DNA of 64,000 bases. Origin: Haliotis rubra (taxonomy: Eukaryota). How positions within the stretch are numbered: the stretch's first letter is position 1; the number at the start of each line of letters is the position of its first letter. Under the pieces are notes generated by a model. The model made no database searches, was not told the DNA's origin, and saw only the letters and a program-made list of their open reading frames with translations. The stretch spans positions 1-64,000 of the forward strand of contig NW_025767155.1 of NCBI RefSeq assembly GCF_003918875.1. Reading direction: 5' to 3'. A program made the position numbers and the translations under genes. This document shows, in pieces, positions 25,501 through 39,212 of the stretch.

Positions 25501-28500
25501 CAGACCTAATCACTCGTGTATGTGGTTAAAGATTTATCCAATATTTTTGTAGCATTTACTGAAAAGCACATCCATATGAAGTATAAAGTATTTAACTGAG
25601 ATACCGATAAACTGATTAATGTACTGATATGTGTGTATTCATTCATTACGTTTGTTTAAACGGTAATGTTACTTCCGGTGTCATCCATCTGTTGCTGACC
25701 AAAAAGATTATCTATCTTGAACATGTTGACAACATCCATCCACTAGATTTCTACCAAAGTCAACATTACCGGAAGTGAGATGCAGAACGACCACTTCAAG
25801 GAGCTTATTTGTCAGTTGTCAGTTACAGACTAACACATATATACGTATCCCAAATAGATCTGATCACTCTCCTGGAAACTCCAAAGTGTGATGTTTCTTT
25901 CAGGTTCTGTATGTAATCATAAAACCTCTACGCCATGAACATTCAGTCTTAAATAACCTTACTAATATTCCTCTTGACGTATAATGGCAAAATGGTGGTA
26001 TACATCGTATGAATGAATCCCTGAAAACTCAGTTTAACTGTATTTGTCAAATGCAACATCAGCTCTCTGCCATCTATGAGCGGCGGATGCTGCGGGGAAC
26101 TGTATTGCTAGATACCCATAAAGGCAGGAGACATAGGTTGATGCTCAATGTTTTCACGTTGTGGCCTGGTCTGACTGACGACAGAGAATCTCTGTGACAG
26201 TTTACCTCCAGCATCACGGTCCTTGACACTATCCATTCTCGTGAAAAACACGAGGAAATGCACATCCCTTACCCTGACAGAGTATTTAATTAAAGTTTTG
26301 ATAAACGAATCACGCATGTATTTGCAATTGATGAACAAAAAGAGGCTTGTAAAATCTAATAAACCTTTGTTCAGCTGCAACCATCTGAAAACTTCTCCAA
26401 CCCAACGCACACAGATGATATTGACCATGTCTTCAGGTGGTGAGGTGGGTGTAGGCACACGGCCATTGCTGTCTTCAGAATCACGTCGCTTCGAATCCAG
26501 TTGTCGCCTTCATCATAGCCAAACCTATTGTAGGAAAGTCGTCAAAATCGTAAATGTTTCATACAAGAGTTACTCACGCGTTCGTTTTGTCCATTACTCT
26601 TCAGTTAGTGTGTCTAGTATAATACCTTGGTTGTTTAGCTGTATAATACAAGGTTGATTAGGCAGTTATCTCACATCAGAACACACTGGATATGTCTGTA
26701 AATACCCCTTTCGCCTCCTAATGCTCTATTGACAGGGCGGCGTGTTCTTGATGGATTACGCAGGAGTGGAAGTGGCGACAGGTGCCGATTACCTACCAGA
26801 CATATGCTTGTATTAAGTCTGATATTTCCAGTTGTGCTGGAGCAAGAAGCCGATCAATCACCCAAGACCACGATTCTGTTCAAAAGTTCAGCCAGACGTC
26901 ATCAAATTATGGGGCATGTTCTTCGTACTTCCACCACAAGGATCCCCACCCCCACCCCACTAGCTCTACCCTGATGCTTAAACTGCGCTAGTACTACCCC
27001 ACCCCTTTTCGACTTTTGTATTATGCTACAATCGAGCAGCGGACTCGACACTGCCCATAACGGTAATCGTGGTGTCGTCTGCTCCAGTCATCAATCAGGG
27101 AGGACGCCGAATGTGGGAAACAAACTCCGAGATCTGGTTTCAGTGATGGCGGGAAGGCTTCCCAGGGTGTGACGCCTCCAAACCATCTCTGACAAGTTAA
27201 TCGATAATCGGGACAGTTAATGTTTGCTTCAGACGTTGGACTACGTTGTGAATCGAGTGGGTCGGTAATCTCTCAAACCGTGCCGCCATATGTTTATCCC
27301 GAATGTGCAGACGTGATGCTAATGCAGCATTTACAACATATTAGCCGAGTCTGTTGGTGTGCCTTGTTTCAGGTGGTGATGGACAGCCTTTCTGATTAGT
27401 CCTTTAGATTATCTAATGGTAAGAGAAGCTGCTTTAACACACGGAATTGACATTATGACACTCTGGGCACTGCTACCACATGCAGGTCGTTTCCATATAT
27501 TGTATGGCTGAAATCTGTTCGATGCATACATCAACAATGATACGTATATGATACGTGTACGATATACTACTACGTGTAGTAATAGTTTTCTTGTAATGTT
27601 AATTTTACTATAAGGAGCATATGATTTATTGTATTGTGATTATGATAAAATGTTGCAGTCAGTAGTGACAAAAGGGCAGAATTTATCATGATATTTTTTT
27701 TAGTTTTCTGGGTCATTTAGTTTAGTTTGAATATTTCCTGATATTAATTCATTTTAAACTGTAAATACTCTTAAAAGTGTGACATTTCCGATTATGACGG
27801 AACATAATTACCCTAAAATTAAACAGTGGTGTTTCTGAAAGATTGAGCCCTCAGCCATACATAGCTATTCACTGAAAACATTCTTCATGTATGAGAACCC
27901 ATATAAGGTCACATATAATTATATCACGGTATCAAGTATGCAGAAAACATGAGACTTCAAACGGATTTCGCAAATTAATCTAGACTGAATGTTACCGCGC
28001 CTTTGGGAAAATTACAGATGGAGAGCTACAGGTATGCCTTAATCTTGTACCCAGCAGCGTGACGTTGCAGAAACACGATTTGCCCCTAATGGCGACGTTT
28101 GCAGCAAAACAGTCAAATTAGACTGTAACCGTAGTTGCCATAAGTAACCAGTAACAACCCGACGTCAAGACCGATGGATTCCAGCGTATTCCACCCATAC
28201 ACCTCTAACACAGGTTCAAACCAGCAACCCTTCCAGCCCATGCCATACCTGGCAACCGAGGTACAAACCCTTCCTCGGATATACAATGATCTTCCTACTA
28301 CTCCCGTTTTGTGAACTTATTTGTGAATCATTTGCTTATGACAGGCGCGTTGTTTATTGACCATTGATCGTTACCACATCCAGACACCTTCCATGTAATA
28401 ACATTTCAGTCGCGGCTGTTTATCACTGATTCTGTTTGTTGTTCCTGTGTCACAATATCTTTTGCCTTTGAGTATATTATACAGCCATGGAGGATGGGCG

Positions 28501-30489
28501 TCCCTCTCTGGCTTCAGTCAATCAGAATGCTATTCAAGCCAATCTGGGTTATTGCGGAGCGATGAGAAAATTTTATGTTTTGTTTTGAGTAACTAATGTA
28601 TTGGCTGAATAAGGTTTCACAATTGTCTTGCCGTCGTGAAAACTGGAATGATTTTGCACGTTGGCCGATAGCCTTTCTTCCGATATAAACCATTAGGAAA
28701 TATTTTAGAAAGAGCTCTGTGGTGGTTCGGTCCTTTGATAATATGTGTCCAACATGTGTAAGTGACATCATTGAGAGACATATTGTAGTGCACCTATGTC
28801 CCAAAGTATGTTCAATAAACTTAACAATTACAACCCTAGCCAGTGGATTCAGCCGCAAGAAGGCTTTCTATTCACGTCTCCTCTAGCTGTTGCTTGCCTA
28901 AGGAGACACCAAATGTCATATAACCTGTGGTTCGGTAGAACTCAGAACTTGAAACTTATTGGCGTGCAATAACGATTTTAGCTATAAAGGGACATACCTC
29001 CCAAATGAAACTATTTAGTCGAGTATCGTGGGCAAATGAAACGACCTGACACATAAAGCCCCCAAAATGAATTCTCATTTACTACTGGCAGCGCATTGCC
29101 TGAGACATGGGGCAACGAGAGTTGCGCTGCAACGTTCTTGGATGACGTCACTGCAGCAACAACATATATTACTTCAGTGCGAAACTGTAAACCCGGTCAC
29201 TTGTTTCCCCAAACTCTTTTATGCGGTTGTGATTAATTGCACTAAGTGTAATAGAATGCACACAACTTCTTTCGTTTTCTTTTAACTGAAACATTACAGT
29301 AATTCATCTGGACTGGAAAAAAATGTCGTTGTTCAATAAAGGATATGTGCTCAAAATACAAAGCCGCAGGCATCCTATATTCCCGTATTTGAGAATTTCC
29401 ACGAAGGCAAGGCAAAAAGTATACGTGTATACCAAGCTTATCAAGTTCGTTTTAATAGATTAACCTTGATACTTAAAGGTCGCTGATCCATTTTACCACG
29501 TGTTTACCTGGTAAATATTCGATTATGTACATAAAGTAAATAACAGCTGAAGGCGATGTTACAAAACCTCCTTCAGTCTTTCATTTGATTCATTGCCAGC
29601 TTGAAGATATCGTTTACTTTGAAACCTACTCCAAGACGGATTGTGTGGTAGGAGTAATGCTTACCCTCCGTGATGAGGTACGTCGTGACCTTCTAGCATC
29701 TGCTGCCGTGATCACTAAGTCATTCTGATGCAATGATATTAGCTACTAATCGTCTTCATTCAAATCGTTACATGTCGCTAAAGAGATTTAATTTTCATCG
29801 GATACTCATTTGAAAGGATAGGGTGCACGTATCGATTCCACTGTCTGGTGACCGGGCAAAACCAACTAAAACCTTTAATCCTGGTCAGCCCTATTGATCC
29901 CGTTTTTACCACCGCCGCCATGCAAACATATCAGCGTTCTTCTCAATACGGAGCTGCATTTAACCACTGAAAAATACCCCCTCCATTTTGTTCACCCTCT
30001 GATCTTTGCAGACCATTATTGATGTCTGAATCAAGCCTACATGTTAGTAGACTTGAAAGTGTATACTAAAGACCAGGTCTTTCCGCTAACGCAACTTGAA
30101 ATGACTTGCATTCACGGTTCAATTTCACATTAATATTTTGGGAGCATGAGTGATCCGAACCGCATGTCGCAGTCAGAGTTACTCCCCTTGGTGATCGGAT
30201 TCCGTTTGGCGTGAGTTTAATCTCTACGTTCGATTGTGTTCCGGTTTCTTTCTACATCTTCCCCGTGCTTGTCAGGTTGACTTTCCTGGGTTACTGTTGT
30301 CATATGGTAAATCTGGCACGCGTTGATATTGACACACCCGACGTTAATCGTTTATACAGTAACTGCGTTGTCGCTGATTTCATCTGAAGTTCATCTCTCC
30401 ATTGTTATATCGACTTGACATCAGCCTCATTTATGTTCCTTCCTAGCACCAATTCATTCAGTAGCCATTCATTTACAATTACTCTGCCA

Positions 30490-30724
30490 GACCGCCTCCG
30501 TGGTGTAGTTGTTAGAGCGTCCGCCCGGAAAGCGGAAGGTCGCGGGTTCGATCCCCGACCGCGTCATACCAAAAAAGGCGTTGTTGGTCCCGGCATTAAT
30601 GGGCACAACAAGGACTGGTCGGCTCAGAGTCAGTATAATGTGTACATACGCATACACACATGCACGTCTTCGTATGAGCGAAATATTCTCAAGCACGACG
30701 TAAAACCCAATTTCACCTCATCTC
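30490..30724 (+). mobile_element. tRNA-derived SINE (Meta-like family) with complete head
   Basis: A-box tggtgtagttgttag, B-box gggttcgatcccc. 15-bp TSD acaattactctgcca at 30475-30489 and 30725-30739. Confidence 0.9.
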
Positions 30725-30738
30725 ACAATTACTCTGCC

Positions 30739-31065
30739 ATTTATAAACGAAGGTGCCCGTCACCTATTTATGTATAAACGAACCTGCTACTCACCCTTTT
30801 ACTCACTTATTAGTACACGAATGTTCCCGGCACCAATTTATTGATAAACGAATGTTCTCACCATCTATTCATTTACACACGGATCTGCTCGGCACCGAAT
30901 CATTTCGTAAGAAGGTGTTTGTCGCCGATTCATCTATGCAGAAAGGTGCTCATCACCCATTTATTCACATACGAAATTGCTCGTCACGCATTCAATTTTG
31001 AAGAAGGTGCTCGCCACTCATGCATTTCTACCCGAAGGTGTTCATCACCCAATCAATTACACACA
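30739..31065. repeat. Degenerate ~31-bp tandem repeat, about 10 units
   Basis: Approximate consensus atttataaacgaaggtgctcgtcacccattc. Confidence 0.8.
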
Positions 31066-31260
31066 AGGATAGGCCACTTGGGTAGCAATGTCATCAACAA
31101 CTCCTTTACATACAACCAAAACTCATGTATGGAACTGGTCTTCAGCAACTCCTGGTTGCTGTAACGGGAGACGATGCTCGGGCAACAGGCGACAAACCGG
31201 ATCAGTTGATTATGATGTTCAATCATGAAGACATTCAGCGCATTGTCTCTTCCGGATTCA

Positions 31261-31531
31261 GACCCGTGAAGATCCGGGGTAGAATAGGTCTTCAGCAACC
31301 CATGCTTGCCACAAAAGGCGACTATGCTTGTCGTAAGAGGCGACTAACGGGATCGGGTGGTCAGGCTCGCTGACTTGGTTGACACATGTCATCGGTTCCC
31401 AATTGCGCAGATCGATGCTCATGCTGTTGATCACTGGATTGTCTGGAGCAGACTTGATTATTTACAGACCGCCGCCATATAGCTGGAATATTGCTGAGTG
31501 CGGCGTAAAACTAAACTCACGCACTCACTCA
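31261..31531 (+). mobile_element. V-domain SINE, complete young copy
   Basis: atgcttgtcgtaagaggcgactaa core (partly duplicated). 12-bp TSD cttccggattca at 31249-31260 and 31532-31543. A second 3' fragment follows at ~31553-31612. Confidence 0.9.
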
Positions 31532-32595
31532 CTTCCGGATTCAATTATTTAGAGACCGCCGTCATATAGTCCGATAATTGCTGAGTGCGACATTAAACAA
31601 CAAACAAACAAAACATTTATATTCATGGTGTATATCAACTCGAATGTCAGTAACTGTCGCTTAACACTCACATCAGCACCGCATTCTGCAACATCCTGGA
31701 GAGTCTGCTCTAGGCAGGTCAATACGGCGTATATAGTGTCTAAAGGTGAAGGTATGTACTTAAGTGCATTAGGTATACATTCATCTAGAGACGACTGCTT
31801 TCTAAGTGACTTGGTTCCTGCTTCATGTCTGTGCATCCCTGGGGGATATTGAGCGCACAGGTAACGGGATCGACTTAACAAGTCAACTGAGTGATCTGCT
31901 TGAAGATACCAGGAATACTGGAGTTCGGCCGTGAATGCCAGTCATCAATTACATACAGGAAAATGGCGAAAAACTTTTCTTCTGGTGTGAACAGAATAAA
32001 ATTTCCTTTTAAATGAAGGCTTTTCTCACTTTTTCACACTGCATTAGAATACGCTTTGCAACATTACACTTTTTAACTGGTTTAAACTAACCGGACCAAG
32101 GTGATTTGAGTTCAATTGGTTATTTTTGTGGTCGCATTTTACAGTAAAACTGGCAGGCTAGGATCTCAATACCAAATGTGTCTAAATATAATATTCTGAG
32201 ACAAGAGTCTCTCTAGCTACATAATTACTTTGTCACATTCTGACACTTCAGCACATCGACATGTTTGAGTTGCACTGATCAAAGTATCCCCAGATTATTA
32301 TTCAATAGCACGTACGGGAGACGAGGTGTTCAGGTACATAACCAGTTGTAGCATTATCGCAACTATATCCATTTGGCTTTCTAAAAGTAATGTGCACTGT
32401 GAACGTTTATTGTTTAAGTTACGACTGACTTACTTACACGCTTTTCACAGATCGGTTTGCTACATACCTGATATATCTATACGGAGTCTTCCAAACACCT
32501 ACCAGATGCTGAAGTGTTGCAACATTGAACATATCAACTCTCAAGATGCAGTGGGCGCGCATACGGGTAGGACTTTATTTAACCAATAGCAAAGG

Positions 32596-32725
32596 GTGAG
32601 TGAGTATGTCACTACGCCATGTTTCAGCAACATTTCAGCAACGTAACGGCGGGGGACACATTATACATATGTAAGGAGTCAAACCTGAGCTGGGTTTTTG
32701 CGTGACAAGCTACGCCTAGCACCTA
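32596..32725 (-). mobile_element. Decayed short tRNA-derived SINE
   Basis: gtgagtgagt tail, acggcgggggacac, gcgtgacaagc. Confidence 0.6.
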
Positions 32726-32899
32726 AAGGAAGATGTGTAGTTTCACTCGTTTCTGAAGTGACATATCCAAGCACACGCAGTACCACATGTATAATGACTG
32801 TAGAAACAGAAGAGAATGAGGTATACATGTTTTAAATGATCAGACAAATTCAGATGGAGAGTGCAATCACTGTAGGTAATCTGGTAGAGTAGAATTAGA

Positions 32900-33208
32900 G
32901 GTGAAGGTGAAGTGGGGTTTAACGTCGCACGTAAGAATATTTCGCTCATATGACGGCGTGCATACGTGTACATGTGTGGCTGCTTGTACTAGCCCAGACT
33001 TAAGCTGGTTTTATAGTGTTAGCTCACTGAGATACCATGCCGTAGTGAAGCATGAATACCCCACTCAAACACATTATACTGACTCCGAGCCGACCAGTCC
33101 TTGTTGTACCCATTAATGCCGAGCGCCAGGCAGGGACCAACAAGTACCATATTTTAACGTCTTTTGGTATGACGCGGTCGGGGATCGAACCCGCGACCTT
33201 CCGCAGTC
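32900..33208 (-). mobile_element. Meta-like SINE (same insertion as 117-367, more complete internally)
   Basis: Same insertion site; B-box; acattatactgactccgagccgaccagtcc core. Confidence 0.85.
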
Positions 33209-35101
33209 TGCGGAATTAGAACGCTGTATGTGCTATGTAATGTGTACATATTCTTAGCAAGCCATATCCCATTGTCATGCTTGTCTGCCTCTACGAATGA
33301 TAAAAATCGTTGCTATTATACTTTCTTCTAGCAGGTCAAGAAGTATGTTCTGACTGTTCTGACTGTTCTGTTTCTGCGCAGCAATAGCAAAGCCAGCTGC
33401 CGTATGAGGTAGACAATGTATTTCGTTGAAAATTTACCCACTGCTTGAAGAACAGCACATTAACATGTGATTATTCATCTTCTATTTATGTACACCATTT
33501 GACAGTCCATGTATTGTATGAAACTAGACAGTCATCCACGTTTCGTTTAAAATGTATCCACTGTTTTGAATAACATATCACCATTAGACAGTGACTGTCG
33601 TATGTTGATCAGTATGCTCACACATCATCGTTTGATGTTATCATGCTACTAGTATCTCTCTCCAACTGCTCCGTGGACATTCATCAGCATAGACGTGTAG
33701 ACTTACCTGCTTGATCACTCTCTGTATCCTTATCAGCAGTCCAGAGATGCATCCGAACCTCTCGTCACTCAGCTCGTTAGTTAGTTCTGTGCAGATAATC
33801 TTGTCAGCATGTAACAGACAACGATAAAATGGATGTATGTCAAAGGAAATCAATTCATTTCTTTTTATACATTCCAGATTTTAAAACAATCAGACGCTAT
33901 CAATGCCACTTTCAATCCTAGTGAACAATTCACTCGGACGCCATATCCCATAGATGTGATTGTAGGTTCCAGGAATGTAGTATACCTACACATATTGCAT
34001 TTTCCTCTTTACAGCAAGTTGATAACAATAATAACAGACACGCTGTCCACAGCGACCATAAAGTTCGTCATAAAGTTCGTCATCAAAGTCAGATTGGCGG
34101 TCATCTATCGAATTCATGTCGTTCGTGAAGGATTCTAAACGTTATTGTTTTAACACTTATTGGACTATGTTCTTCATGCTTCATCATCAAATAAGTGAAT
34201 GAAGGATTCTAAACGTTACCTGTTTCAATCAGTTAAAGTGTGACCTGTATAAATGCATACCTCTTAGCCATATGATACCAGGTTGATAACTACAGCGACA
34301 AAACCATTTCCATAAAGGATTACTGCTAACATTATTATCAGATAGTATTGATACCAGATGCTCAGAAAAAGGTTAACTTGTATCCTTCCCAAGTCCGTTG
34401 TGATACAATAAGACAGCAAGAGGAGTTCTCTCACATCGGAACACGTCGCACATGTCTGTAGAAAAACACCCTAATGCCCCAATGATAGGACGATGAGATT
34501 TCAACAGATTACTGAGAGGCTGGAATAGGTGACAGATGCCGGTCACCCACCACAAATATTGTCTGTATCAATGAATGTCTGTTATTACAGTTTGTCCTCG
34601 GAAAGCCAACCAAGCTGGACCAGGATTATGTGAACAATTTAATGATACCATCTGAATCCGATTAGGATCCGGCCAGATTCATATTGCCCTCACCAAAAGG
34701 ACCAGTCAAATTCCATCAGAAGCTGAAAATAGTCCATGGATTTGCGAAATAGCAGAAAGTCTTTTGCTGGATGTGTTATTCAATAAACAAGACATGAGAC
34801 TAGATTGCGAACTGGACGGAGAGGAACCCTCATGCCGACAGATTTAAATGGATGTAGAATACACTGACGTGGTGCTGTCTTAGTATCATTTATTTGATCA
34901 GAGCCTGCGCGTCCCTTTCAGTGAAATGTACATAAATGAGACAAAATCTTTCTATTTTCATAAGAAATCGGTGCTAAAAGCATTCCGACTATATCATATA
35001 TTCATGAATTACTATCAACTGTGAAGGGACTAGTGTGTGATTTGACGCATATTCTCTTCCCAACCAAACCGCCATCTTGAGGCTCAGAAATGATATAAAT
35101 A

Positions 35102-36600
35102 TACTAGGCACATAAAGAAACTGTGCATACAAATATTTAAAATCTAAATTTATCCAACCTGTGTAGACACACATAAGGATTTAAACTCAGAGATTAGTGA
35201 CATGTATCCAACATGCATGCACGTGCCACGTTCCGTGACGTCAGTGGGTTCGTCCTTGAGACGTGCAATACGTTGTTGCACGTGCATTCCGGGAAAGAGA
35301 AACAGAGCAAATGAATGCCACACACTACTGTCACTTTCGAAAGCTCAACCCCTGCCCTTGCGATCGTTCAAAAAATTAAACGGCTATTGAAACGCATAGC
35401 ATGCCAAGGCTCACGTCTGCACAACGTCATGAGGCCATTGGGATGGTCCGTGGGGGAATGTCTCAACGACAAGTGGCTGCACATTTCCACTGCCACCGGA
35501 ACACCATTTCTGCACTGGTGAGACGCTACCAGAACACAAATGACGTCATCGATCGGCCACGTTCTGGATATCAAGACAGGACATATGGATAAGGGTGACC
35601 CATCTTCGCCACAGGTTTCAGACTGCAGTGATGACTGCCCGAACCATCCCAGGACTTCGCCATATCCACCCCAACACAGTTCGACAACGTTTACGTCATC
35701 ACGGGATCAGACCACGACGTCCCGCCATACGGCCTATCCTGACACAACGTCATCGACAAGCTCGCCGAATGTGGTTCCGAAATCATGTCCGCAGACCCTT
35801 GTTTTGGTGGAGAAATGTTGTTTTTTACAGATGAGTCCAGGTTTAACATTTCCCATAGTGATGGACGTCAACGTGCCTATAGACGCGTGGGAGAACGTTA
35901 TGCACAGGCCTGTGTCTTGGAGAGGAATCGCTTTGGTGGTGGTTCTGTGATGATTTGGGCTGGAATAACAGCACGCCAAAGAGCTCCTTTGGTGATTGTT
36001 CAGGGCAACTTAACTGGTGTGGGCTGGTGTGGATCAGATTCTTCGACCTGTTGCAATTCCTTTTCTGCAACGTCATGGCCCTGGGTTAACATTCCAACAG
36101 GACAATGCCCGCCCTCATAAGGCAAGGGTTGCTATGGATTTTTGCAACACCACAACGTTGACTTACTGCCTTGGCCTGCAAATTCACCGGATCTCTCCCC
36201 GATAGAGCATGTTCGGGACGAGATGGATCGACGTCTACGCCGTCTTCCTCATCCGCCAGATAACGTCCTTGACCTTGCAACAGAACTTGAGAGAATCTGG
36301 CGTGACATCCCACAAGCCTTCCTTGCACGTTTGATAGGCTCTATGCGTCGTCGATGCACTGCTGTTCTCAATGCCGATGGTGGACATACCCGTTATTGAG
36401 TTTGTGACATGTTCGTTTGACCCCTGTCCCGCTTGTGGACTCGTGACGTCATTGTGATTGACTTTTCAATTGAAATTCTCCCGACTTGTTATGGTCTCAT
36501 GATCACTCCATTAAAGTTTATATGTACCTTTGACATTGTTATCGTCCTTATCAACTGGGATAATATTTTGAAAATGCACAGTTTCTTTATGTGGCTAGTG
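35102..36600 (+). mobile_element. Tc1 transposon, duplicate of 6418-7913; transposase pseudogene 35401-36399
   Basis: Same TIRs and TA flanks. Shares the 5' frameshift. Extra frameshifts near 35820, 36025 and 36140. Confidence 0.95.
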
Positions 36601-37057
36601 TAGATATACATCAACAATATCACCATATATGAGCTTTACACATTGTACCCACTTTAATGAGACACAATGGACTGATATACAGGTTGTGCTCGTATAATGT
36701 TTTGTCATGAGCTGTAAATAGAGACATTAAACCGACAGCCACAAAGAATCACTGGCAGGAGCAGAGTCGAATGTACGAATCCATCTATATCCACATATGC
36801 TTATGAATCAATATCACAGAGGTACGATAGCAGGGCTTCACAAAAAGATGATCGTATCCTGCCAAAACAATGACATCCGTCACAAACACATACAAAAGCA
36901 AGGCAATTATTTACCTGAAATGAACAAGGAAACTAGTTTGCAAGTAAAATAGAGAATTGCATTTGGCAATTGCCCTTCTCATGCCTTTAATGTTGTAACC
37001 TTGATGAAAACCTTTTTAGCGGTTTGCTGAAAATTTAATAGAAAGATATCAGAGATA

Positions 37058-37746
37058 GTGAGTGAGTTATAATTTAGCGTCACATCGGCAATATTTCAGC
37101 CATATCGTGACGAGAACATTTTACATTGTAATGGAATATGTATATATTATAAAACCTGTCATTGAAGGACAGTAAAACGACTAGAATATCACAATTAGAT
37201 TTAAAACTGGAAGGTTAAAACTAATAGCATTATTAGGACAATACAAGATAAAAACAGGCTATAGATCGCCAACAACTGAAGGTCGATCACCATACCAGGG
37301 ACCATGGGGACTTACAGTACCTTGGCTACCTGCATGGACCCTAGTTGGATTTACACCATCCCTTCAGCTGCTGGCGATTGTAAGGAATGTTAGCTACAAT
37401 TAAAATGACAAAAATGCTACGTTTAAAAATCCTGGTAGGTTTAAATTGACTTTCGAAGTTTTGGGACTTACGTACCCTCTCAGGGGGACAATAATTTTAC
37501 AATACTTCAACCCCCCTTGAGAGTACATCCACTAACAATCTAAGTTACTAATCAAACTACCAATCATTAAAACACAGCTATATACATAATATATTAATCA
37601 AAATTCATTAATGAAATCAATTTCTTTTAAAAAACCAAGAATTAAATGAAGATGAACAGAATTAAAAAGATCCTTAACAGTTTTAACATTGAAATATTTA
37701 TCCCTTATGATGGAGAATTCAACACAGTCAAGCAAGAGATGCTTGA
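37058..37746 (-). mobile_element. 5'-truncated I-group (Nimb-like) LINE: ORF2 C-terminus plus 3'UTR
   Basis: Minus strand reads KHLLLDCVEFSIIRDKYFNVKTVKDLFNSVHLHLILGFLKEIDFINEF* (HxxxxC knuckle end). (CACT)n tail. 12-bp TSD atatcagagata at 37046-37057 and 37747-37758. Empty site near 8360. Confidence 0.88.
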
Positions 37747-39212
37747 ATATCAGAGATAATTTTATTTCAGTATTAAGACCTAAGGTCCACGTACAAACAG
37801 TTCAATGGACATTTTAAAGATGCTTTCCCAAAGAAATGCATATTATAGGTGAACTACAGTAATGACACTCGGAGATCGATAGCTTCTTTGATAAACATTG
37901 CTAGATTCTTCAGGAGAGTTACATCAGTTGATTGGAGCATATTTATCACAGTATGTTTACAACTTATAAACGGAGAAATAATGTTTAAATATATGAGAAT
38001 CTGTACATTCATCTCTCAAAAATGGATACAAGAATACAAAATGATTTATACCTGTTTGGACCTAAACGGAGAGTCCTGTCAATGCTAGTATTTATTCCTG
38101 TATTGTAAACAATGTCTTATTCGCCGATTCTAATCAAAGTGAGCAGATTTGTATTCTATTTTGATAGCATGTTCAAACGGAACGGTTCAAATGTTATAGA
38201 TGTCTTACACAGAGTAAATCCAGTTTTGAAACATCTGAACACCACGTTTTGGCATTGCAGTCCTGCAGCCGACACCGGAATATTTTAATAGAATCTTTTA
38301 AACCACATCTGGAGATTCCAGTCCACTCCTAGCCAAATAAAAACAAGATAGTTTCTATATCAGCACTCTATATCCAAATACATTTGTCTAATCTGACTGA
38401 TATAGGATATTTTTCTGTTTTCATATCAAGTAACGTTAAACCAGCACTTCAAACATTTATCATACGTATCTACATGAATTCCGTTACAACTGCATTCGCC
38501 TCAAATTGCGATATTTGTAGCCTTTAAACCTACTCCAAACACAAACTTGCAGAATTCAGGTAGGAAATGCTCAAGAGAAAAAACACTTGTGAACTCCCCA
38601 GATTTCACAGCCGTAAGAATTGATAGGCTTTACCTGATAATCAAACATTCAAAACAAGACTTTCGGAAAATATTATGAACATGATAAATTCATCCTCTAA
38701 TGGTAGCAACGGCCTTAATAGTTTTCAATGGTAATGTCTGTTCAGATTTTGACCAACATAATTTATTCGGAAACAATATTGAAAGATTACTACATGTACA
38801 CACCTTAACGTCACCGAGCTCCCAGTTTGCAAACTTTCCCAATTTACCACCGTTTCTAAATATCAAAAGTTTATCTTTGAGGACCGCATTTATTGTAATT
38901 CAAGAAGGGTATCAACAAACATGCAGAAATATGCAAATATCATCGGCATACAAAAGTTAAAAGTGGTCCATCAAATTCTGATGCACTGATTTGTGAATTT
39001 TATTATGAAAACAAAGGCGGACTGAAAATACACCCTTGTCGGACTCCACTGTAATAATTAATTTAATCCGACAAAAACGGTTCATAAGAAATCTCTACTC
39101 AAAGAAGAGTCATTGTAAGAGTCCAACTATATCATATTCATGTGTTTGACTTTCCCTGAGTTGCGAGAAAGCCCTGATGTGAAACTGCATGACCCAAGTT
39201 CGAAACTAAACT

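Larger units (their letters stand above)
26560..32590 (+). pseudogene. Ankyrin-repeat pseudogene unit U4
   Basis: VATGADY near 26780. 29651-29710 GVMLTLRDEVRRDLLASAAV. 31818-31853 LLHVCASLGDIE. SLFHTALEY near 32025. INSQDAVG in ORF 32326. Confidence 0.7.

Noticed and set aside
26223-26657. 144-aa + ORF and overlapping 116-aa - ORF
   Set aside because: No recognisable domain, and they run through a decayed tRNA-like fragment (~26440-26530); likely chance.
27070-27200. GADDT (RT/RdRp-like) and FGG (PIF1/Helitron-like) motifs on the minus strand
   Set aside because: Isolated short matches with no flanking polymerase or helicase motifs; the substitution pattern supports a different frame.
30490-30565. 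tRNA gene
   Set aside because: A and B boxes are present, but it continues into a SINE body bounded by a TSD; no acceptor stem or terminator.
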